This document shows positions 54,504 through 64,000 of a stretch of 64,000 nt of DNA, piece after piece. The first letter of the stretch is position 1. Each line of letters begins with the position of its first letter. A program made the translations under genes and the position numbers. Source of the stretch: Octopus bimaculoides (taxonomy: Eukaryota); contig NC_068999.1 in the NCBI RefSeq assembly GCF_001194135.2, forward strand, positions 40,766,679-40,830,678, read 5' to 3'. The notes under the pieces are model-generated. The model saw nothing but the letters and a program-made list of their open reading frames with translations, made no database searches and was not told where the DNA came from.

Positions 54504-55698
54504 TATGTAATATCGATTTCAGGTTTCGCTGTTCAGTAGATATGTTCTCAGCTGTACAATGCAGCATTCACAGGCCCTTAGGACACACCTCATCCCTCTC
54601 TCTCCTGAGATATTTTCAGGGTCGTTGTTGATGTGGACGTTATCAATTGTTGGTATAATTAGTAACGTTCTGCTCTTGATCTCTAAGTCACGCAGCGTTT
54701 CATATGTTCAGTTCAACCTTGTTTATATCTGATATATAAGTGATCTGACATCTCATGGGTCGCTCAAATGTTATGTGGTATACTTATCTCTGATTGATCT
54801 GCGGTAGGTCAGTGGTCAGTCAAAAATTTTGCTTGTACTACAAAAGTACATCCAAGCAACCATCCACAATGCATACGACAGCTTGAAGTTTCTAAACGAC
54901 ACCCCTTTTCTCATATGTTATATTATTCACTTAACAAAAACCCGTGATAAACGAAGAGGTACCAACATTGGCAATGAAAAGCATTGTGTGATGTTTTCTT
55001 ATAAACTGCATTCAGTCCTGCTTTTTATATCTAGCGAAGTTTCCTAACACATTCGTAGACATTAAAGTACGCCATCACCATCGCCTGAATTATTCCAGTT
55101 CACTTCAAAGATTTGTCATATTCGTCATCAAAGACAGGGAAGACACACAGGTTACATATATCTATATTGAAAGTCTACAAGTAAATATATGTAAAATTAC
55201 AGGCTAATCTTCTGGAAATGTTTACAAATTTTCATAAATTGATTAATGGCTTGTAATGATAATTTTCTAATTAGTCGTGAGCTTTCTCGTTCTCTAATTA
55301 GCACTAACTCATTTAGTTACATAACCGATGTCTTCCAATAATCAGAGGTATGAATCTAAAGTTATAGCCCGGATGGACTACCTGCCGATATTTCTTCAAT
55401 TTTCGTTAAATATTTAATTTTCTCAATTATCTTTAATAATATGTTAACGTCTGCAATAAAATTGATTTTTATTACTCTGCACACATTCTTTCTGTTTCAC
55501 ATCACTACGTCTAGACTGCAGCATTTATATTTTACAAAGCTTTTCATAGCAACTGTCTACAAGTATTCTTTCATCTTATAAGCGTGTATGCCTTCCACCT
55601 CATTGAAAATTTCTAGACATTCAACAAATTTTTCTGCGCACTGCTTTGATCACTGTATCAGGTCTTATACATACGTAGTATATATACACACGTAGTAG

Positions 55699-55752
<54 letters not shown>

Positions 55753-56998
55753 TGTGAGCCTGAGAATTGTATAACTCCCAGATAAACGAACACAGAAATG
55801 TTCGGAAATAAGAATCAGAGGAGAACCAATGACGTTTTTCACGGAATCCCACGCGGACGGCAGAAAATATCCGTAGGTTAAAGACGTGGTCTTGTTCGGT
55901 TGCATTCATATAACTGTCGCGTCAGATACTCAAGTTTCACGTGCTGCAGTTAAAACGGAGCACGAGTTGATCAATCATTTCCTACCATACGTACACATAT
56001 ACGTGCAGGAGTATGTGTGTGTATTGTATTATGTTGCCATGTTGATGGGTCAATTAGAAGTACTCAATGTTGTAATCCAGGAAAAAAGAAAAAACTCTTT
56101 TAGATATCCGAGACAATAAACTTTACGCACATTAACACTGCTTTCTCCAGACGCACACGCAAATTTAGTCGATATAGAAATATAGTTTCTTCTCTCTTTT
56201 TAAATACATTCTCGACTTTTTTTCATAAAATCCAATACAAGTTAAAAATTCTGAACTAGTTCGGTATTTTATTATACTTCGATTTTTTTCCTATGCTATA
56301 TATATATAATACACACACAGACTCACATACATTGAAATCTTGCATGTCATAAGGAGGAAAATATAGAATCGATTTTTCGAATCTCCTGCGGATATCTTAC
56401 AGTCAAAATCTAAACGTTTTTAAATCAAATATTCACAGCATCGATAAATGCCGTAAAGTGCAAGGTAGCCTGCTGGCGACGAGTGATATACACCGTCAAG
56501 GAAACCCAGTTTCGATTCTTGTTGGAGGAAACCTATTTCCAATTTAAAACTTCAAAAGCTGTGTGGGTTTTTTTTTTTTTTTTTAACAAAAAATAACAAA
56601 AATGGAATACGAAAAAGTAGTGAGTCAGTAAATTTTTAGTTCTTCTTTCGCTGAAATATGTCCGCTAAATGCAAAACAGCGACGTTGACTGTATTTAAAC
56701 GGCGGAAATATATAATTTTCAAAGAAGCAATTTTGACAAGTCACGGTGCTTGAAGATATTTAGAACAAATTAGATATTTCGAAGCTCATGACACACAAAA
56801 AAGAAAAAAAAAATATTTAATACGATAAAATTTTTTGAGAATCAAAAATAGTAACTGTAAGGAAATTTTCTGGTGCGCATGCGTACGTGTTTAAAGAATA
56901 TATCATTAAGTGTATGTATGTAAATTGATATATTTGTTACATGTATGTCCATAAGTGGAATATATATTTTAAATACATGTATGCAACTAAAACATATA

Positions 56999-57044
<46 letters not shown>

Positions 57045-57377
57045 ATGAAGTACCATTGAAAATTTAGCATTACAGTGTGATTATTGAGTGTCTTTGATAA
57101 ACTTCATCACATCACCCGACAAGGAAACGTCTAACATAATGCCAAAAGGCCATATCATTGGCCCTTTCCTCACTTGTCTTCACTCCAAATGTTACTTCCA
57201 AGATCACCACAAGACAGTATTGAAAAGATGACATGCTCAACTCTACCATGAATAATATAGGTGCGTATTTGTGTGTAATGTATATAAATACATATGCAAA
57301 CACATTTCTCACCTCATATGTGTATATATATATATAGCACATATGTATGCATGTATATATTACAGATCACCATATAC

Positions 57378-57412
<35 letters not shown>

Positions 57413-57664
57413 AGGCAGATATTGTTAGAGGAAGCGACAAAGGCTATTGTATCTGTCTGTGAACGTTTGCCTTTATGAGCATGTGTCCGTTTGACGCATA
57501 TACGCACTTACACAGAGGTAGAGAGAGAGAGAGAGAGAGCTGTGAGGAGAAGAAATAGAGCAATAGTGATCTTTCATTGATCGCTTGTTGAAGGTCCGCA
57601 ATGGAAAGGACACATTGATGTATTGCCGTCTAAAACTTATCTCTGTTGTTGAAAATTCACGTTG

Positions 57665-57713
<49 letters not shown>

Positions 57714-57741
57714 GTAATATATATATATATATATATACACG

Positions 57742-57796
<55 letters not shown>

Positions 57797-57800
57797 CATA
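57665..57800. repeat. (TA)n tract punctuated three times by ACGTAA
   Basis: Directly visible compound repeat. Confidence 0.85.
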
Positions 57801-59051
57801 CACACACACACACACAAATAACTCGTATAAAAAAAAATAATAGCTTTATGAGATCAAAGTTATATGGAGATGTAGATACGATGACAGTTATATTCACCGA
57901 AATCGGTGTCTGTTATTAAGATTGGTTCTGGCAGGTTGAAGAAGCCAATTCTCCAACTAACTTCACAGATCTGCTATCTATCAAAGAAGGGAATTGTACA
58001 AGGCCACTTGTAAAGTTGCAAACGTTTATTAAGCCGGCACAATGGACAAAGGCGTTACTGTCGATCAATGTTGCAATGATTTTGTTGTTGTTTTTATATT
58101 TTTAGAAATAAAATCTTGTAAAAAAAAAACTAAATAGGTTGTAAGACCAAATCTGTGTTTGTGTATGCGCGCGACCATATTCATATTACAAACGTCCATA
58201 TGCATATGCACACACACGCACATCTTTTACTCACATGTACATATATACACATTTCTGAATTTGTATGTATATATATATATGTGTACAGTTATTCATGTAT
58301 GTGTATATTTTCTTGTCTGTGTGTGTTTGAGCGTGTAGATATTGATATATAAAAAAATATTTAAGAGATAAAGTGAAAAAAAAATGGAGTAGAATGATAT
58401 ATTGGATGTTATAACGACCAAGAAAAGTAGGATGTACGCAGTAAAGGTGAAAGAGAAGCAGAAAAAATGTGAGAGAAGGTAAAGAAAATATGATTTGGAG
58501 ACATATTGAACAAAAGGAATGGTAAAGTGAGAGGAACTATAGAAGGAACGACGTTGGGAAGGAAGACTGTAGTAGAGTTAAAAGTAACCACGAATAAAAA
58601 AATAAGTGAATATTCATAAAAGTCATTTTTAAATATAAAAAAATGCTCTGAGGAATAATGGAGGTATTAGGTACAAAACATTAATTGTAGGAAAAGAAAG
58701 GTTGTGATGGACGGAAAAAAAATGGAAGCTATGAGGAAAGGTTAAAGAAATGAAAGAGATGAGGAAGGGGAGGAGGAAGAAGTGGTTGTGAGAATTGAAA
58801 TGAAATGAAATGAAGAAAAATAAGAGGATATATTTTTGTTTTTGTTATAGATTTGAAGGTGGGGTTTGAATAAGAGGCGAAAAATAATTGAATAAAAAGA
58901 TGAATGAAAGGAAAAAGACAGGAAATAAGAGAGCCAAACGGTGAAAGCGAGACAGACAGACAGAAATTTAAAACGTATAAGAAAATCACGGTAAAGATTA
59001 TGTATGCGTTGCGCTTATAAATATTTGTGTGTTAGTGTACGCCCGCGCATG

Positions 59052-59102
<51 letters not shown>

Positions 59103-59279
59103 NNNNNNNNNNNNNNNNNNNNNNNNNNNNNNNNNNNNNNNNNNNNNNNNNNNNNNNNNNNNNNNNNNNNNNNNNNNNNNNNNNNNNNNNNNNNNNNNNN
59201 NNNNNNNNNNNNNNNNNNNNNNNNNNNNNNNNNNNNNNNNNNNNNNNNNNNNNNNNNNNNNNNNNNNNNNNNNNNNNNN

Positions 59280-59373
<94 letters not shown>

Positions 59374-59571
59374 GCCCTCATTTCTTGTATATTATATATA
59401 TGTATATATATATATTATGGAGTGTATGTGCATATAATTGCCAGGTATGTGTGTGTGTGTGTGTGTGTGTATAATTTAATTTGGTAACCCCTTGACTGTT
59501 AAATAGGTACCATTATGGACAGGTAATACAGAAATAAGCAGCTGAGAAAGTCTTACATAAATGTCACCTTA

Positions 59572-59621
<50 letters not shown>

Positions 59622-60325
59622 NNNNNNNNNNNNNNNNNNNNNNNNNNNNNNNNNNNNNNNNNNNNNNNNNNNNNNNNNNNNNNNNNNNNNNNNNNNNNNN
59701 NNNNNNNNNNNNNNNNNNNNNNNNNNNNNNNNNNNNNNNNNNNNNNNNNNNNNNNNNNNNNNNNNNNNNNNNNNNNNNNNNNNNNNNNNNNNNNNNNNNN
59801 NNNNNNNNNNNNNNNNNNNNNNNNNNNNNNNNNNNNNNNNNNNNNNNNNNNNNNNNNNNNNNNNNNNNNNNNNNNNNNNNNNNNNNNNNNNNNNNNNNNN
59901 NNNNNNNNNNNNNNNNNNNNNNNNNNNNNNNNNNNNNNNNNNNNNNNNNNNNNNNNNNNNNNNNNNNNNNNNNNNNNNNNNNNNNNNNNNNNNNNNNNNN
60001 NNNNNNNNNNNNNNNNNNNNNNNNNNNNNNNNNNNNNNNNNNNNNNNNNNNNNNNNNNNNNNNNNNNNNNNNNNNNNNNNNNNNNNNNNNNNNNNNNNNN
60101 NNNNNNNNNNNNNNNNNNNNNNNNNNNNNNNNNNNNNNNNNNNNNNNNNNNNNNNNNNNNNNNNNNNNNNNNNNNNNNNNNNNNNNNNNNNNNNNNNNNN
60201 NNNNNNNNNNNNNNNNNNNNNNNNNNNNNNNNNNNNNNNNNNNNNNNNNNNNNNNNNNNNNNNNNNNNNNNNNNNNNNNNNNNNNNNNNNNNATATATAT
60301 ATATATATATATATATATAACGTTA

Positions 60326-61265
60326 TCTACCAATGGTTTCAGTCAAAGGGTGATGCCAAGCTGGAGCACCAGCTTTCGGCCTGTTTGGGTTTGTTTTCTG
60401 TACTGTTTTTGGTAAAGTAGCGAGTTTGACGGAGATGCTCTTCTTTGTGCTTCTTGCTGCGATGTGGGTTCATCAGGTATTTTAGATAAAAATTTGTTCA
60501 GGCGCCATTTGAAAACCTCCACCTCGCAAATCTCTGAGATTGTTTGAAAGAATGTTGAATAGTCGTGGACTCCTGAAACCGAAGTTGTTATAGTGCTTGG
60601 TCCATATTCTCGAAGGCGTAACCCTTGGTATTATGCAGTGCTGCCCAGTTTGGTGGCTGGTATGACTTCCAATTCCTAAGTTGAGAGCGAGTTATTCTGG
60701 GATCTTTCATATATATATCACAAGTTTTTCACAACTTTTTTCTATGGAGTAGAGCTTTAGTACTTTTATCCTCTCCCAGTAGCTCATCTCTTTCACTGAG
60801 TCAATATTCTTGATGTAGGGGCACTGGATTGCTTCAATTTTGACACTCTGCCAGGACCAGAGTGGGGAGCAGGAATCTAGACGATTTAGAAGGAAAGTTC
60901 GCCGTAGGAGTAGCATAGTGTCATTCTTCCTGCTACTCGCCAGCTTAGTGTTTCCATCATCATCTTGGTAATATGCACATCGAATGTTATATCATTACTC
61001 GTGGGAATTCCCAGGTCACTCACCGATTCTGCCTCTGGGACTGCACCATCCCTCTTTCCTCTTTCCAGTGTATTCCGATTGTAGTCTGTTTGTGGGCTGT
61101 TAGTGGAGCTCTTGAAACTTCTCAGCATTGAACTGCATGTTTGCATGTTGTTTTCATCAGCCTATTTGTATATAGAATAAATGTTGTTTTTCGGATTTAG
61201 GATATCATCTGGGTCCTTGACAGCCTGTGATACATTTGTACGATCGGCACAGCTGATGAGAGAGG
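60326..61265 (-). mobile_element. CR1-like LINE, 5'-truncated, decayed RT C-terminus plus 3' tail
   Basis: Minus-strand frames give SCADRTNVSQAVK (xADD region), IYK*ADENNM, SVSDLGI..SNDITFDVHITK, RLDSCSPLWS...EAIQ...MSYWERIKVLKLYSIE and FKWRLNKFLSKIPDEP...SNSL. These match remembered CR1-group ORF2 motifs. Confidence 0.85.
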
Positions 61266-61477
61266 CTATGTGTCTATCTATCTGTTTATTTATCTCTCTC
61301 TCTCTCTCAAAAAGATAAGGAGTTATCACATTTCGAACAAATCCTGCGATACAAGAATCTTTACGCGAGAGGAAAATAACATGCATGATAATCGTTCAGT
61401 GTGAAATTCTGAGTCACGATGTATTATCATTATCATATTATATCATCCAATATCTAAACATACGTACAACTTACATG

Positions 61478-61536
<59 letters not shown>

Positions 61537-63199
61537 TTTTAAGGTGTGTATAAATGTATTTATAATCATCATCAAACACTGGATTTTATAGCCATCAATA
61601 TATGAATGTACATACACGTGATTATAACTATCCCTGCAGGAAAAAATTTCTAATATCAACAACCGAAGCGTCCTTGCTGCAGTTTGTTTTCTTTTCAAAC
61701 TCAGTCATGCATAAAATAATTACTGAAGGCCAGACAGTCATTGACATTTAAGATTCGTTTCATATAAACTATCCGCTGATATATTTTTTAAAACAAGCCA
61801 ATACAGAATATTTTCCTATTAGATCTGACGACATCTAAACAAAATGTCGGTGTTCACAGGATATCTGTGTTTGAAATGTTTGGATGACAATTTCTTTTTC
61901 TATTAAGAGGTCAAATTTAAATAACACATATCAACGAGATAAAGCACGTGATAAAACAAGTATAAGACGGACACCTATGATAATGTCATCCTACCTTTAC
62001 ATGTGTCATTACCTCATTAAATACAATGTTATAACTGCTTAGGAAAATTTCTAATTATATATAATACCATGACATATTCAAATATAAAACACAAACACAT
62101 CCCATTATGATATAAAATGTGTGCTCTTGTCAGTGTGCGTGTTATACATATAGTCTCTACGTAAACGGGCCCACAACGACGAGAATGTCAAATCGGAGTG
62201 TGTAGCGCCAAATTAAACAAATTAATAAAATTGATACGCTCTGTTAGTTTATTTAAGACACGTTGTTCTGCTAGTATTGGCGTTTATATTCATAAACACG
62301 CGCACACACGTATGGATGGATATATTTAATATTATAGAGCAGATCCTTCTCATTGTTGGTATTGAGAATTTTCGGTTGATCACGATCCTTCAGGCGATAA
62401 TTTGAAATGAAAATGAACATTCTTAAATGGTGCTGAACAAAATGTTTGATAATCAATTCCCTTGGTCCTCACTGATCTTCTTTCTGAGCATGGATCGCAG
62501 TTTCCATAGAAATTTAAATGTTTGATCATGTTAATATTGATAAATTATTTATCTTCGAATTTCAAGATTTTCCGAGATAGTTATGCGCTTGAAATATGAA
62601 GTACTGCAGTTGCACCTAAGTAAACATACGAATGACAGTTTATGTTTTCTGTTTTTGTATCAGAAACACCTATATTCGGTGAGGGAGGAAGGTGTATCCC
62701 ATAACCATTAGAGGGTTTTCAAGACTGGTTGGTGCGTATATGGGATTCGTCCCCCAAAGTGGAATCTGAGTTCAAATATATGTAAGGGAGAATTATCCAC
62801 TGAAAGCAGCTAAGGTGGGGAGTTCAAACGAGAGACATCAGATCTACAACTCTAGAAAGTCGAGTGGAATTTGAAATAAGAAGGCAAAATTGCCGAAATG
62901 AATACCACAAGGAAAAAGACGCGACGGTTAACTATAAATTCACCGGCTGATGGCATTTCCCTGTTGCTTGGTATATTCATATTTTTATATATAGTACATA
63001 CATATAATACATACCTACATATCTCAACATAGATGCATACACACATATACATAAATGTATACGCATTTATAATCCTAAGGCATATAATTAGAAAACGTCG
63101 TGTGTGTGTGTGCGTGCGTGTGTGTGTGCGTGCGTGTGCGTGTGTGTGAACGACATGGTGCATAGTTTTGTAGCTCTTTCTTCATTCTTTCTCCCACTG

Positions 63200-63221
63200 A
63201 AGAAATATTATATATATATAT

Positions 63222-63294
<73 letters not shown>

Positions 63295-63951
63295 CAGTAA
63301 GTACCTACTTGTATTTATTTGAAAATATGTGTGCGTGTAATCAAATTCACATACATACGTCCCTTAATTCATATAGATATATGAACACACACACATATAT
63401 ACAAGCATATATATATATATATATATATATATAAACGCACGCGCGCGCATATATCTTTGTGATCTTAATAAAACTGTCTGTCTATGCTTACATTTGTTTT
63501 TAAACGTGTCTCTCGGGGGAATGCTAACTACAAAAATCTTCGAGGGTCAAAACGTTAGGATATTGAATCAGTTAGCTATTTTTACAATCGATGTTTACTC
63601 TGAAAATAATTGAGTTCGAAGAGTTCAAGTAAATTGTAGCCGAGAAGCAAAAATAGTAATGGCGGATTCTGTACGTCTGTCTCTCGCTCTGAATCTGAGC
63701 TTTCGTTTGTATAATGGCAAAAGAATCATATAAAATTGTTTGGGACAGCAGAAGAATAAAACAATTTCCAGGAAGAATTATCACAGAAAACAAATGAACG
63801 ATGACAAACTGAATTTCTAATACAAACATCCATACGTAAACACACGCACACATATATAGTAATATATACACACATTCTCTCTCCCCCTCTCTCTCACTAT
63901 ATATATATATACATACATATATATATATATATATATACATACCACATATAC

Positions 63952-64000
<49 letters not shown>
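63200..64000. repeat. (TA)n tracts at ~63200-63292, ~63400-63432 and ~63897-64000
   Basis: Directly visible. Confidence 0.95.

Noticed and set aside
54540-55150. Possible decayed LINE endonuclease (VMAYFN, LTDH) on the minus strand; similar hints at 20160-20450 and 24050-24480
   Set aside because: The motif resemblance is marginal and frames are heavily broken. A profile search is needed.
56874-56885. NRF1-like TGCGCATGCGTA, also at about 40404-40413; and TGATTTAT Pbx/Hox sites at 19503 and 19681
   Set aside because: Such motifs arise easily from CA/TG repeats or AT-rich background.

Overview
AT-rich, microsatellite-dense eukaryotic DNA with 11 assembly gaps. The repeat families look like those of an octopod cephalopod (Octopus-like); this is inferred from remembered repeat consensus sequences, not from a database search. 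I found no confidently recognisable host protein-coding gene, tRNA, rRNA or CRISPR array, so the window reads as intergenic DNA or a large intron. Almost all tracked ORFs are artefacts of N-gaps or simple repeats. The supportable content is mobile DNA. SINE family A is tRNA-headed with a Deu/Nin-like core and two tail types. Family B is tRNA-headed with a CORE-like domain and an internal microsatellite. Families C and D are two further dispersed families. There are also three decayed LINE fragments (RTE-X-like at 13.0-13.3 kb, RTE-like at 38.7-39.1 kb, CR1-like at 60.3-61.3 kb) and a deleted Tc1-like transposon (29.1-30.1 kb). The most notable observations are: (1) the CR1-like LINE 3' end shares its tail with SINE B, suggesting a SINE-LINE partner pair; (2) SINE B carries a central microsatellite that coincides with several gaps; (3) the long-tail end of SINE A sits at the junction of two ~100-bp duplications; (4) close inverted SINE pairs could form dsRNA ADAR substrates; (5) there is a candidate recursive splice site. 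I cannot claim a new biological system. These are testable hypotheses.
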